Shown here: one piece after another, positions 33,216 through 46,924 of the stretch
Layout: each line of letters starts with the position of its first letter
Numbering within the stretch: position 1 is the first letter of the stretch
Source of the DNA: Felis catus
Lineage: Eukaryota
Assembly: GCF_018350175.1 (NCBI RefSeq)
Contig: NC_058368.1
Coordinates: forward strand, 174,222,001-174,286,000
Direction: 5' to 3'
Length of the DNA: 64,000 nt
Program-made: the position numbers and the translations under genes
Notes under the pieces: generated by a model
What the model saw: only the letters and a program-made list of their open reading frames with translations
What the model was told of the DNA's origin: nothing
The model's database searches: none

Positions 33216-35277
33216 AAAAAAGGAATTTGTGCTGGAAGTACAAGGTCTTAATGGTGGACTTGACTTATTTTTCCCATGGAGCCTACCCTACAAATGATGC
33301 TCCCCGGACCACTTTAGGGAACGCAGAGCAAGGGAAAACTAGGAAGACTGTCCTGCCTCCCAGGCCCGAGGGTGCCCTGGGCCAGGCAGGCTGTGTGTGA
33401 ATTGTCTATACCCACTGTGGGACTGTGGGGGTGTGGGCATGGTAACCCAGAGAGAGGATGCGTGCCCCGGCCAGAGGGGTGGCCACTGTGGTCACGATGG
33501 GTCAGTGCCACCAGATTACCACGTTTTTCAAGAGAAGCTGGAAATCTGGATTTTAAATGAAGTCTTCTGGCTTTAAAATAAAATATCTAAACTTTTCAAC
33601 TTTTTTTTTTTTTTCTCTAACATCTTCTTCTGATTCCCTGTCAAAGACCTCCACCAACTGCTGGCTATGAGCTCAGCATGTTCCTGGTGCTCTCAGAAAG
33701 CTGGGTCTGCCCCGAGGATTTACTTCCATTTCTAACCACCCACCCTCTTTCATTATTACTTTGAGAACTGTGATCCAGATCAACATAAACTCACTGGCCA
33801 ATTGCTCAGGGAGCTTGCCTTCCTTGTGGTTGAAAGTCAGGCTGACTTTCACCACCTCTGTCCCATGAGTGTGGTAAGGAGTCCCGGAGAGGGCTAACCC
33901 TAGCAACCAACTTTCTCGTGGGTCGCGAACGTTCTGCGTCAGGTAGTGGCAAATGGTGGTGCTGTCGCTGGACTTCTGCTCTGGGGCTCTCCCGTCCTCC
34001 ACAGCCTCAGTTTCCCTTCCCTTCCTGCCATCACGCCCTCTGTGCACCAGCCAGCCGGAAAGTCTCACCCTCCCTTTGACTCTCCATATTCTTGCACCTC
34101 AGTGCCTTTGCACATCCCGATCCCGGAGTCTGGATCACCCCCTCCGGCAGCTGCCTCTGTCCTCCATCCCTCAGCCATCTGGACCGTGCCACACTCAAAC
34201 GTCAGCTCCTTGTGCCTTCTCTCTTATAGCCAGAACCCCAAAAGGCTGGCATCCACTGTTCTCGGGTCATTCATTATTTAGACTCCCATTTCTCCTTCAA
34301 ACCCGCCCCCACCCCCCACCCCCCTGCATATGCCTTCACCTTCCAAACAGCTTTTGAATCTGTTCCCTTCTCTCCGGCTGCAGTGTTCCACCCTTGATCC
34401 CAGCTCACCTGGACAAGAGCAGGGGCATCCTGACTATGTTCCAGGTCTCGGCTCTCTCTCAGCCCCACCCGCCTCCGCACTGTGTTTTGGAAAACACAAC
34501 CTGGTCACCTCAGTCCTCGGCCTAAAATCCTTGCGTTGCTCCCCGGCCTACAGGACAGAGTCCAAACTCCCCAATTTGACATTGTGGTATCCTGCCCTGT
34601 TGACTCCTCTGTTACCTCCTTCCACTGCCCCTTGGGCCTCGGGCAAAACCTAATTAATTGTCCTGCGTGCCCTGAGGACACCTGGAGGTTTCGTGGCTCA
34701 GTGTCTCTTAACCTCTTTCTCCACCTGCAATCCTCTTTGTCTGCCTGCTGCCTTGCCATTGACCTCTGCACCCAGCTCTGGGAATCCTGCCCTGATTCCC
34801 CCAGGGCTGTAGGTTTGGAGGCTAGACCATTACTCTTGGCCGGAAAGGTGGGTGATCGCTGAGCTGAAAGTGGCCAAGGCGTCCAGTCCTGGCTGGCGCT
34901 GTTGACAATTCTTCCTGCTGCTCCTGGAGGCTGGGCACCAGGTCAAGGCTGCCACATGCTCCTGGAGACTGTCCCCACGGGGCTGGCGGTAATCAGCCAT
35001 GCTGCCTGCTCCAATCTGTGACCAACTTGGCTCCAGCCACCTTTCTCTCACTGCCACGGCGCCAGGCCCGCACCCTCCTGGCAGCGCTGTCCCACGGAAG
35101 CTGGCATCAAAGAAGGACAGAGTCAGAAAGGATCTGTGAGATCAGCTAGTGTGCCCCTGCCTGGTTTTAGATGGGGTAGCGGGGGGCCCAGAGAGGGACA
35201 GTGGCTTGCCCTGGGTCACACCGTGATGAAAGGTATAGTGGTGCCTGGAGCCCAGGTCTTCCAGATCTTATCAGATA

Positions 35278-35278
35278 G

Positions 35279-35316
<38 letters not shown>

Positions 35317-35400
35317 GAAAGAAAGAAAGAAGGAAAGAAAGGAAAGGAAAGGAAAGGAAAGAAAAGAAAAGAAAAGAAAAGAAAAGAAAGAAAAGGAAAT
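35278..35400. repeat. Polypurine compound repeat (GAAA/GA/GGAAA/GAAAA)n
   Basis: About 120 bp composed almost entirely of purines. Confidence 0.95.
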
Positions 35401-35728
35401 AGATCGAAGGAAACCTTGAAATGTGCTAGGGAAGGGAGGAGGGCCTTGAAATTGAGAGGACAAGGAAGGCCCCCCTCCCTGAGGCTCACCCCAGAGCTCC
35501 TAGGTACATGGTGATTTGGCAGAGGAAAACAGCCCATGCAGGAGACTCCAGTGGGGACCAGCTTGCCTCCCTGAGGGCCAGTGTGGTCAGAGCACAGGGA
35601 GTGAGCAGAGATGCAGTCAAAGCAACACACAGGGCCCGATCACGCAGGGCCCTGTAGGCCTTGGTAGGGCGTGCCTTTTGGTCTAAGTAAGGGGGTGACA
35701 CAACGAAGTTTTGACTCTGATCTGAGTG

Positions 35729-36565
35729 GACAGTTCGGCAAACGAGACGTACAAATGGCCAACGGGCACCTGAAAAGAGGTTCGAATTCATCAGCCAGCC
35801 GGGGAACGCAAATCAAAACCGTAACGATAGCCCGTCATGCCCACAGAACCCAAAAATTGGGTAATAAGGGTTGGTGAGGGTGAGAAGACACTGGAACCCT
35901 CATACAGTGCTGACGGGAACATAAAAGGTTCGGCTGCTTTGGAAAAAAGCACTCTAGTAGTTCCTCAAAAGGTGACACATAGTATTACTATATGACTTAG
36001 TAATTCTATCCTTGGGTATATCCCCAGAGGAAATGAAAATATATGTCCTCAAAATCTGTACACAAATGTTCACAGCCGTATTGTTCATAATGGCCAAAAC
36101 AGAGGAACCAACCCAAATGCCCATCAACTGATGAATGGGTAAACGAAATACGGTGTATCCATGAATGGAATATTATTTTGGCCGTATAAAGGCATGATGT
36201 ACTGATACGTGTCACAACACGCATGAACTGTGAAAACATGCTACGTGAACTAAGCCAGTCACAAAAGGCCACAGGTTATTCCATATTATCACATATTATA
36301 TGATGCCACTGACACGAAATGCCTAGAATGGGCACTTCTATAGACACAGAAGAGAGACTGGTGGTTGTCTAGCCTGGGGTGGGAGTGAGGATTGAACGGG
36401 GAAGGACAGTTAATGGGTACAAAGTTTCTTTCAGGGTGATGAGAATGTTCTGGAATTAGATCGTGGTGACGGTCGCACAATATACTAGAAGCCACTGGCT
36501 TGTAGACTTTAAGTAGGCGAATTTTATGGCATGACAATTATGTCTGTACAATGCTTTAATTTTAT
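35729..36565 (+). mobile_element. Old L1 (L1MB-type) 3' end, ~0.8 kb
   Basis: acaaatggccaac...tggaaccctcatac...tagttcctcaaaagg...aacccaaatgcccatcaactgatgaatgg...gggtgatgagaatgttctggaattaga. Confidence 0.88.
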
Positions 36566-36735
36566 CAGAGAGCACTCCAGTTGCTGATGGCGGCAGAGGG
36601 ACAGCAAGAGGGCCAGGCGGCCGATAGTGCAGTCACAGCCTCAATGTCCCCAGCACACAGGAGGCACTTAGGGACTATCTGTGGGTGCCTCACACAGGCC
36701 GATCACTGTTCAGGAACGCCCTTCTCTTCAGCTCC

Positions 36736-36940
36736 AGGGTTTCTTAACTCTGCACGGTTGACATTTTGCACAGGATAATTCTTTGTTCTGGAGGCTGTCC
36801 TGTGCATCCTGGGATGTTTAGCAGCACCCCTGCCCTTCCTCACTAGGATGTGAGCACAGCCTCCCGCCCCAGTTGTGACAATCAATATCCAGTCCCCAGT
36901 CCTAAGGGACTAAACTGACCCTGACTGAGAATCACGCCTC
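36736..36940. mobile_element. MER20 hAT-Charlie relic
   Basis: tgacatttt...ggataattctttgtt...ggctgtcctgtgcat...ggatgtttagcagcacccctg...cccagttgtgacaatcaa. Confidence 0.85.
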
Positions 36941-38030
36941 TAACCTCTTTTGCCCACCTGGTGAATGCTTGCTTACCCTTCCGGAATCATTTCCAATATC
37001 ATTTCTTCTGAGGAGCCTTCACCCTTCGTTCTCTGACGTTCCATGGTTTCTTAAGCAAATCCCATCGAAGCCCTGGCACACTGTATAGACATCAGTCTTC
37101 CCCACAGCTGTGTAGAGATGGCACCTTATATACCTTTGGGTCCCCAGCATCTAATACAGAACCTGGCCCTGTGGGGGTCACTACTCAGCCCTTTCCTCAG
37201 CCGTCAAGTAGGGACATGCACAGCCTCCCCCAGGTTTTCTGTGACTAGTGCTCACACGTGAGCTAACTGAATCTGCCCACCCCTCCTGACTCTGCTTAGG
37301 GGTGTAGGCTCTGGATCCAGATGGCCTGGGTTTGAATGCTGTGGGGTGCTGGGCCAGGGACTCAATTATCTAACTCTTGGTTACAGATCATTCTTCTCTG
37401 TAACACGGGGATATTGATAGTACCTACCTTGTAGGGTTACCATGAACACGTAGTAAGAAGACAACCAATATCAGATATTATTGGTAATAACAATGAAGTA
37501 TTCTTTCTTTTTTCCAAGGGGCCTTCCAGACCTCAACAGAGAGGTGGCCTTGTCACCGATAAGTGTCCATGTGCCAGTCCTGCCCTGGGTGTTGGCCAGG
37601 AGGAGGTGGGAGCGGGTGGGTTATACCGTGCCTAGAAGCCAGAGGGTACTATGTCCGCTAATGAGCATATTACATAAAATGTGGGAAGTTCAGAAATTAC
37701 AGTCAGGGAACAAATCTATAATCCTACCACCCACTGGCAAACGTTATTAACACTTTGGTCCGTTTCCTTCCAGTCTTTTTTCTAAGTGCTTGCCACTAAT
37801 TTGTGACCATGCCCTACATATGCATATGCATAGGCATGTCCCCATTCATTAAAAACTCTCCATTTTTAGTAGCCACATGGCTGTTCCATAATTTACTTAA
37901 TTGATCCCCTATTTGACATTTAGGCATTCTCGGATAGTTGATGACTATCTTTGCATTTGAAAGAGCCTTTGTTCACATTCCCATCATTTCATTTGGATGG
38001 CCTCCCTTCTTTTAAAACATTTTTGGCAAA

Positions 38031-38146
38031 GGGATGCCTGGGTGGCTTAGTCTGTTGAGTGTCCAACTTGAGCTCAGGTCATGATCTCACTGTTCATGAG
38101 TTCGAGCCCCGCTGCTATCAGCACAGAGCCGGCTTTGGATCCTCTG

Positions 38147-38184
<38 letters not shown>

Positions 38185-38260
38185 CCTCCCCCCTCACATT
38201 CTCTCCCCCCTCCTCTCTCTCTCTCAAAAATGAATAAACATTTATTTATTTATTTATTTT
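38031..38260 (+). mobile_element. Can-SINE
   Basis: gggatgcctgggtggcttagtc...gagttcgagcccc, long CT tract; TSD aaacattttt(g/a)g(c/t)aaa. Confidence 0.9.
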
Positions 38261-39859
38261 TAAACATTTTTAGTAAAGGAACCTCTCTAGCCTGCTGAGA
38301 CACCCACTTTCCCATAGCTGTGTGCCCATTTTCCCATTATCAGGGATTTCCTCCCCAAAGCTGAGCTAAATCCTTGGGATTGGGACTTAATCCTGTTTCC
38401 CCTTCTCTGGGCGTTGGTGGAGATGGACCACAGCTGGCCTTGTTTTCCCGTGGGACCCATCAGCTGGGAGGGAGAGTTTAGTTAGTTGTCAGCAGAGTAC
38501 GGAGAACGAAAAGTGTCCGTGAAGCTAGGAGAAGTAGCCTGGGCCGAGGTTACCAGAGACGAGGTTAAGTGGGACTAGGTGGTAGAGGAAATGAAGCTGG
38601 CTGGCTGGGGTGAGCCGGCTTGATATCTGCTTCCTATGTGATGTTGATTAATGACCAGCTTTCCTTCCAGAGAAATCACCCCTAGAGAAATCACTAGGCA
38701 AACCCCAACCCCAGTGCTAGCCTCAGACTCACTTTCCCCAGTGATGACATAGCAGCTCCCTCCTCTTACACATGGAACAAGAAACCAGCGCTGACTTGGT
38801 CCCCACCAGGTGCCAGGCCCCATGCTGGACACCTTCCACGGTCATCTTTTGGGGAGCCACTGTGGTACCATCACAACTACTCTGGAGTCAGGCAGATCTA
38901 GGGCCAATCCCAGCACAGGCACATCCTACCGGTGTGACCATGTGGCAACCATTCACCCTTGTGAGACTTGGTTTCCTTGTCTGGAATTTTGGGGTTTAAT
39001 GACACCAGCTTCCCAGGATCCTTGTGTAGACTACAGCCAACATTGTGTATACAATGCACCAAGTACAGGCCTGCACAGGGCAAGGGCAGGAGAAATGTTA
39101 TTTCTCGTTCCATTCAATTCTTGTCGTATCTCAGGGTCAAAGATGTCAATAAATGTAATCTATCTAATTGCCTTTCATAACCTCCAGCGACAGGGAACTC
39201 ATTAGTAAGTATGAATTTATAACTTCCCATTACAAATAAGATACTGAGGCTCCAAGAGATTCCCCCAGGAGTCTCAGGACAGAGACTGTCACCTCACAGT
39301 TTTCATGTCTTAGAAAACAATCAGGATGCATGTCTAGACTGGAAGGGACTCCTGCTCCCTATCCCAGTTCCCAGGACCCCGCTTCATGCCCAGCCAGACC
39401 ACTGGCCACTTCTGGCAAAGGAGAGCAGAAGGAGCCTGGCCAGGACAGATGAGTTCCCAGGAGGCAACCAGAACCAGGAATCTGGCCATGGAAGTTAGGG
39501 TATGACAGCTGCCACTGGGGGACACCACAACCTGCAGGTACTTTCCTGCCCCACTTTCTTATCCTCATAGCCTTCTCAAAGGGGGCAGTGGTATACCCCT
39601 CTTCACGGGGTGGGAAACTGAGGTTCACAGGGTCAAGGTCAACGGCACTTTCCCTTAAGTCAGCGAACTGGGATTCCTGGTTAAGGCCACTTGCCCAGCA
39701 TATCCTGGAGGCAAATGGGGCCAGGCGAGGCCAGCTCCGTCCTCGCTACCGGGCATAGGGCAGCAGCCCAGGAGGACGAAGGCCAGATGCCTGGGCTCCC
39801 TGAGGAACTCGGAGCCCCCCTTCCCGCCCGCCCCCAGCCCTCCACTGGCTTTCCCTCAG

Positions 39860-40760
39860 CAGAATGTGACTCCACGCTCCCGCAGACAAATCGCCCCTAG
39901 AAAACGCCGCCGCTCAGAGCCTGGGGGCAGGACAGAGGCTGTCTCGGTGCAAGTGGACTTTCCAAATCCACCCCCACCCGGGCAGCTGGGGCGATACACC
40001 CCACCCCGCGCCCTGAGCACTGCTGCGAAGCCGAACCCGGGCTGCGTCCCGTCCTTGCAACGCCCCCTTGGCGCGCGCACGACCTCGGCGGGTCACGGAG
40101 AAGGCAACTGAGGCTCGGAGGTGGAGGAAATCGCCCAAGGTCAGGCGCAATCACCGAGCCCCGGGGCCGGGAGCTCAAACCCGGGGTCAGGGTCGAGACG
40201 GCGGCGGGGACCCCACCCGGAGCCGAGGCCTCGCGGGGAGGCGGCGGCCGCGTTACCTTGAGCTGCTGCGCCGTGGGGCTCCGGCTTCGGCTCCGGGCTC
40301 GCCGCGGTCCTGCGCCCGCGCCGGCTCCGCTCGGGGCAGGGATGGAGCGGGCGCCCGGCCTGCGCCCCGCCGCTCGCGCCCACTTCCTCGTCTCCGCCCC
40401 CAACTCGCTCCTCCTCGCGCTCAGCTGCTCCCGCCCTCCCTCCCTCCCTTCTCCCGGTCTCTGCTGCTCCCCTCTTCCTCTCCCTCTCTCCTCCCGCCTC
40501 CGTGCCCAGCACACTCTCCCTTCGCTTTGCTCGCTCCCCACACTCCCAGGCCCCCACGCTCCCCCGCTTTCTCCTAGACCTTCCTCCCTTCTCTCTCTGG
40601 CTCCGACGCTTCCCCCTTCCCCTTTCTTTCGGTCACACTACCCTCCATCCTCTCATTTTCCCACCTCACTTCCACCCACCGCCCCGACAGCCCGGGCTGG
40701 GAGCCGGCGTCCAGCTGTGCGGTGATCCAAGTGGAAGGGAACTCCCGGGCTGTGGCCCAG
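39860..40760 (-). promoter_or_regulatory. CpG island / TATA-less promoter of HRH2
   Basis: Very GC- and CpG-dense. GC boxes (ccccgcc ~40364, tccgccccc ~40393), ETS core GAGGAAGTG on the minus strand (~40381-40389), and a polypyrimidine/polypurine tract at ~40380-40690. Confidence 0.8.
40257..40345 (-). other. HRH2: Putative non-coding exon 1 of HRH2 (5' boundary approximate)
   Basis: Donor gcagctCAAG|GTAACG on the minus strand (intron starts at 40256) inside the only CpG island, ~21 kb upstream of the coding exon. The TSS cannot be fixed from sequence. Confidence 0.7.
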
Positions 40761-41499
40761 GGGTCAGGTGGCAGCCTTCCGCAGGGGTGCCCAGCGGCAC
40801 CTGGAATCAGGCTACATGAGGGAGACCGGTCTCGTTTCAAGGGGAGAGCCTGGATAATTCCGGGATCAGAGGAACTTCAGAAAACCCCAGAGTGGATTTG
40901 TTCTAGTTGAAGGAAGGGATGGAGAAAGAGAAGAGGTAGAGAGGAGGGAGGGTCTTGGGAAAAGGGAATTTGGGGTATGGAAAATGGAGGTTCAGATGAG
41001 AAAAATCTCTCTTAAATATCAAGATGTCAAGGCTGCTGTGCTCACCGCGCAGCTCTGGGTGGAGGGAGCTCCCCGATGGCGGGGGAGGGGGGGCAGGGTG
41101 GCCAAGGGTGTTGGCCAGACCTGCATAGTCAGCCCAGGGTAGGAGAAGCAGGTGGTCAGATGGGCTGCCCGTGGTTGCTCAAGGCACCTGATATGAGCAA
41201 GGGAGTTTGTGCAGAAGCTAGGCCAAGGAGAGCAAAAGGATCCTGGCTCAGTTGACCATACATTTCAGAGCCATGCTGATGATGACTGACAGCACACCAA
41301 GCCATTCTGTCACTATGGGCCTCACCCTGTGCTTCTGTGTTGGGATACTGACTAAGGCCACAGACCTCTGCAGCTCCAAGGTCCCAGCTTCTGCGGGAGG
41401 AGGTTGTAGGCCATGCATCCAAGTCACCAGTATCCTAGAATGACAGCAAGAGCCTCCAAGCCTGTCTGGGGGACTCCACACTTGCTCACCTACAATTCA

Positions 41500-42095
41500 C
41501 AAAGCAGCATAGGTCATCTCTAAAAAAAGGTGCAAATCACCTCTTGCCCCTGTACTCCCTTGCTTAAAACCCTCCCGTGACTGCCTGTTGTAGTTCGAAT
41601 AGAATCCAAGCTCCCTACCACAACCAACATGATCTGGCCCACTTCTCTGACCTGATGCCTCTCCACCCTCTGCCTCACTCCGTGTGCCTCAGCTATGGCA
41701 GCTTCCTCCTTGTGCCTGGAACAGGCCATGCTGGACCATACCACAGACCGTTCGCACTGACTGTTCCTTCTACTAAGAAGGCTCTTCCCCCACGTCTTCC
41801 TGGCTGCTCAAATGTCAGAGAGGCCACAAGGCCTGCTCATCTTACCTAAAGCAGTCACCTCCTTCCCACAGCGTTTTTCACATCATCCTGTTTTATTATG
41901 ATGAAAACGCTTCTCAGTATCTTCAAAAAACATTTTTGTTTTAATGCTTATTGTCTGCTTTCCCAGGATGTCACCAGTGAAAGAGCAGGAACCTTGTTTG
42001 TATTGTTCCCTATGTCTCCCCAGAGCCTGTAACCGTAGCTGATACATAGTCATAAATGCACAATAAATGTTGGTTGAATAGGTGAATGAATGAAT
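41500..42095 (+). mobile_element. L2 3' fragment
   Basis: actcccttgcttaaaaccctcc...tgttccttct...gagcaggaaccttgt...aataaatgttggttgaat...gaatgaatgaat tail. Confidence 0.75.
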
Positions 42096-42432
42096 ACTGT
42101 AACGAAAAGGTTTAGGAAAAAGGAAAGTCTCTTGACCCTGCCAAGGGAAAAAAAGATGGTCTTGAGATAGAAGTGGAGAAGGAGGGAGGGCACAGCTGGA
42201 GGGAACAGCATGGAGACAGGTTTAGGGCATCGAACAGCCTGGGGCATTCAGGGTGGACCAGCCAGCAGGAATCAGATGTGGGGTGGGGGGCAGGTGGAGG
42301 GGTGGGGAGCTTTAAGGACACCTCAGTGATGGGACTTTGGACTTGATCTTGTGAGCAATGGGAAGCTGTGGCAGGTAATCGGGAGGGGGGCTGGAAAGGC
42401 CGGGGTGTGTATCCTGGAAGAGAGAAGCCTCC

Positions 42433-42437
<5 letters not shown>

Positions 42438-42481
<44 letters not shown>
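42438..42481. repeat. (CT)n microsatellite
   Basis: Perfect dinucleotide run ~2 kb upstream of the HRH2 promoter. Confidence 0.95.
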
Positions 42482-42483
<2 letters not shown>

Positions 42484-42989
42484 TCTCTATGAAGGGTTCT
42501 CTGAGGGAGCAGATGAGACTCCAGCACGTGGCGCTATGGTGGAAATAGCATGAGACAGATTTGGGCTCTGTAAAGAATTTTTTTTAAAGATCCAAAAAGG
42601 TTACTGTGCACTCATAGTCGGTGCCTCTCCCAGAGGGAGGATGATATGTCTGTGACCCGTTTGGCTACTGATGTGTTGGTGAAGGTGATCTGTGTCACTT
42701 CTGTGCAGGAGGGTCTGTGACAGCCAGCGTCTGCCATGTCACTCTTCTGTCTTGAGACTGGCTCCAATCAGGCAATGTTTCAGGCTTCATCACATTGGGT
42801 CCCGGAGTGAAGTCCCAGAACCGGCCCCAGCCCGCAGGGGACATGTAGGGTAATTGGGAGATAAATTTGTGGTAGGCCATTTGGATTTCTGGAGTCACGT
42901 GATGTTGCGGGATAATCGCGGGCGTTCTTTACTAAGTCGGTTCAGTCAAGCTGGTTTCAGCTTATCACAGCACTTACTAATTATTAGCT

Positions 42990-43428
42990 GTGATAGAAGG
43001 TCAAAGAGGGCCACAGCAATTTGGCCCAAACCCCTTTGCAAAATGGCAGCACCTCCCACCAAGAGGTGGAACCTGTGTCCCTTCCCCTAGTCTGGGCCTG
43101 CCTTGTGACTTGCTTTGGCCGACAGAAGCCAGCGGAAGGGATGCTATGCGACTCCTGAGGCTAGCCCTTAAGAAGCCTTGGTGCTTCAGCTGGCACCGTC
43201 TTGGAACAGTGCTCTGAGACTGCCAGGCCGCAAAGATATCTGGGGTGAAGGGTCACATGCCGAGAGATGGCCAGCTGTGCCAGCTCTCACAGCCACATGG
43301 CTGAGCACAGGGAAGACCAGCAGAAGAGCCACACAGCCCACACACAGAACTAAGGCAAATGATGCATCTCTGTTGTTTTAAGTCGGTAAATTTTGGGGTG
43401 GTCTGTTACAAAGCAACGAATCAGATAA
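42990..43428 (+). mobile_element. MLT1G/H-type MaLR LTR
   Basis: cctcccaccaagaggtgga...tgtgacttgctttggcc...gcccttaagaagcctt...tgttgttttaag...ttttggggtggtctgttac. Confidence 0.75.
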
Positions 43429-45124
43429 GGGGCCTTGGGAGGAATCAGCTCTCTGAGCTCATTTCCTTGACCATCACATAAGCCTAACAGTAATGTCTTC
43501 CTCAAAGGGTTTAGATGAGGCTCAGATGAGAAAAGAAATGGACATTAAATTCATTCCTTCATTCCTTCCTTCATTCATTCATTCATCAACACATATTGAC
43601 CGGACCTACTGTATTTCGGGCCCGGGGTTGACTATGGAATACAGCAAGGAACAAGATAAGCGAGGATCTGAAATGTGAGGAGGAAAAAGGCAATGAGTAA
43701 GCCAGATAATTTCAGCCAAATGTAATGGCCACGAGAAAAGCAAAGCAGGGCAATGTAATAGAGAGGGCCTGGAGGCAGTGCTTTGTTAATGATGGTTGGA
43801 GAAGGATTTTCTTAGCACACGACCACGGTTAAGCTAACCCAGGTGTATGATAAGGGGGAGCAGCGTCCCATGTAGTAAGAGTCGTAAGTACAAATGCCCC
43901 AAGGTACGGAGAAGTTTATCATGGCTGAGTGCATGAGGGAGAGGGGGAAATGGTTGGAGATTGTGTTGGTGCAAGGCCATGGAGGGGGGCGGGGAGGGGT
44001 ATGTAGATTTCATCCTAAATTAAATGCAGCCAAGGAAGGATTTTAACAGGGAAGTGATACCCTTTGTACACTACAAAGCAAGTTAGTATTAGAGTTCTTG
44101 CTGGAGTCATTTCATGGTCAGTCACCCCACAGTCTGGGATGACATTTGCACCCCCTTCCAGCTCTAAAAGTTTCCAGTTCTGTAACAGATCTGAAAAACC
44201 TTTGGAAACTACTAAAAGCGTTGATCATGTAGGAAGTTGTCATTATTACTAAGAGGCTCCCCACCTTGTAAGAGGGCTTGGGATCTGATAGCCTAAATTT
44301 TCTCCTTGCTCTGAATACTTAATAAAAGCCATCTTTCAAAGGAAACGGAAGAAGCTTCTTATTCTGAGGAAACCCAAACCACTATTTGACCAAAATAGAA
44401 GAAAAAAAAAACAACAAAACGTGCCTTCTTTGAATGAGTAATCTCTGCCGAGTCTGACAGCTTAAAATTGAAAAAAAAAAAATGCAATGATTAAGATAAC
44501 GAATGACATGGCATAGTGATAACATTTACTAAAGTGGTCTGCGGAAAATTCCAGCGAAACCCACTGGTTTTTTTCATCGGTTATTTCTTGTCTCTGTCCT
44601 GGGCTCTCGGGTGGCTCTGGGTTTGCAGTAGGGCACCTGAGACTGTAAGTGGAAGTGTGGGATGCAGTTTCCTGGCCATCATGTGCTCTGAGTCTTGAGA
44701 GAAGCTTTGGAAAAGTCTCAGGGCTGAGACTGGGGTACCCCAAAGAGCCCAGATTTGCCAATTTCCCCAAGGTCTCTAAGCTTATAGATGTCCCAGTTCT
44801 GGCTTACAAGATAGGAGGGAACACAATTTGTTGGATATATACCATCTTCTATATACTGTGCTGGATTTTTTTGCATAAATCATCTCAAATAATTCTCACC
44901 CATAGCCCTATGAGGGAGATACATTTATTATCCCCCACCAGCACCTCCTTATAGATGAAGAAACTGAAGCTCAGAAAGTCAGAGTTTTTCTCCAAGGTCC
45001 CACGGCTAGCTGGGGAATTCAGTTGACTGGTTCCAAAGCCCCATCTTTCAACCAGTGGGCTCTCCTGGTGCACTCCACTCGCAAAATAGAAGGTTCTGTG
45101 GGAATCCAGAGTTGGAAATGATGT

Positions 45125-45289
45125 GTTCAGCCTGAGTCTCCAGCCTGCCAGCCCACCTTATGCATTTTGGACTTATCATCCTCCATAATGTCATGAGCCA
45201 ATTCCTTAAAATAAATCTCCCTCTCTCTTTCTAAGTTTATTACTTATTTGGAGAGAGAGAGTGCTTGCACTCATGAGCGGAGGAGGGGT

Positions 45290-45322
<33 letters not shown>

Positions 45323-45517
45323 ATCCCGAGCAGGCTCCGCCCTGTCAGCTCAGAGCCTAATGCAGGGCTGGAACCCACAAACTGTGAGATCTTGACCTGA
45401 GCCGAAATTAAGAGTGGGATGCTTAACCGACTGAACCACCCAGGCATCTCTTAAAATAAATCTTTCTATGTCCACATTCTATTACTTCTGTTTCTCTGGA
45501 GAACCCTGACTAGTACG
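45125..45517 (+). mobile_element. MLT2-type (ERVL) LTR 3' fragment
   Basis: gagccaattccttaaaataaatct...ttctgtttctctggagaaccctgacta is the characteristic MLT2 3' end. Confidence 0.75.
45232..45449 (-). mobile_element. Can-SINE inserted in an MLT2-type LTR
   Basis: (GA)n, gaatcccgagcaggctcc...cacccaggcatc; flanking repeat cttaaaataaatct at ~45205 and ~45450. Confidence 0.92.
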
Positions 45518-46893
45518 TAGAATATTACTATGTACTATTAGCCATAATGCAAGGATTTCCTGAGAGCAGCTACAGGATGTATTGGCCCGTACAGGCAGCC
45601 CCGAACTGGCACCCCAGTAAGAGAACAGGGCGCAGAATGAAGAAAAAGCCAGGGTTTGGAATCAAGCTGGGCTAACCCCCTGGATGCCTGACTGGGTTAT
45701 TAATCCGCGTTCCAGGAGGCAAGGAGTTGGGATGTGAGGGTCAGAAGGTGAGCCTGGGACCCAGCCAAAGACGACTTGGGCAGCTTGTCCCTGGCCTGGG
45801 GGTTGGGGGCGGGTGCGGAGGGCTCTGCTGTTGTCTACAACAGCGACTTCCACGGTGCTGTCCCGGCCTCCACTACAAATGGAGGTGGTCATGTGACCCA
45901 GCATGACCAATGAGAAGGGAAGTCTTTTGGAGGGGATGAAAAATTTTCCTCCTATAATAGGAGACACAGGAAGCACACCTCCTCCTGCTTTGTTCGGCTA
46001 CTTCCGTCCTTTGATCCTGCAGCTCTCGCAGCCCTGTTGTGACCCTGAGGGAAAAACTATGAGAACTGCAAAGCAATGGACTCAAAACCCAAAATTATAA
46101 GGCTTTTGGACCCACTTTTTCACCTGTGAGATAATAAACCCCTGTCCCTCTTAAGTCAAGGTTTCTATGATTTATAGCTGAACACATCCTGATTCGAAGA
46201 GCAAATACAGAAACACGCAAAAAATATGACCCCATCCCTAATCTGCTGCCCTGTGAGAGTATGGTGACCCAATTTTCCTCTGCTGGGACATTTTCCTATC
46301 TGGTCCCGTGTCACACTTAGATATTACTTTCTCTGCAAGTTCAACCTTAAATTCCCAGGCTGGGTCACATGCCCCTCCTAAGAGCCTTCTTATCCTGGTG
46401 CACCCTCATTTTCATAATGCATCCCAAGAGGCGGCAGGAAAAATGGCGGTAGGAAGCGGGTGAGATCTGTTCCCCTCAGCAGGGTTCCACTTACATCTCA
46501 TTTGCCCAAGTCTACCACGTGGCCACCCCTAGCTGCAAGGGAGGCTTGCAAAGCGACAACCTGGCCCCCCCAGCCTCCAGAGTGGGAGGCAGGCAAAGGG
46601 GACGGCTGGGAACGGAAGTGCTAGGTTGGCCACGAAGCAGCATCTGCCACAAATGACAAAATTTCTTATTAAGTTCTTGGACGTTTCAACTGTATATTCT
46701 TTTTCTTTTTCTAAAGGGAAATACTTTAATTACTTTTTACTGATTCTAAACGTAACAAAGCTGGTTGTAAAAATGCAAACCATACGGGTTAAGCGAGTTT
46801 CCTGAAATCTTGTTCCTCCAGAGATAAGCTGATGAATAATTTGATCCCTGTCTCATTCCAGACTTTTATCTATACGTAAAAATATATTTTAGG

Positions 46894-46924
<31 letters not shown>

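Noticed and set aside
39897..40725. Several long overlapping ORFs (214, 169, 155 and 138 aa) on both strands
   Set aside because: They lie in the CpG island, where stop codons are rare. Products are R/G/P/A low complexity with no recognisable domain.
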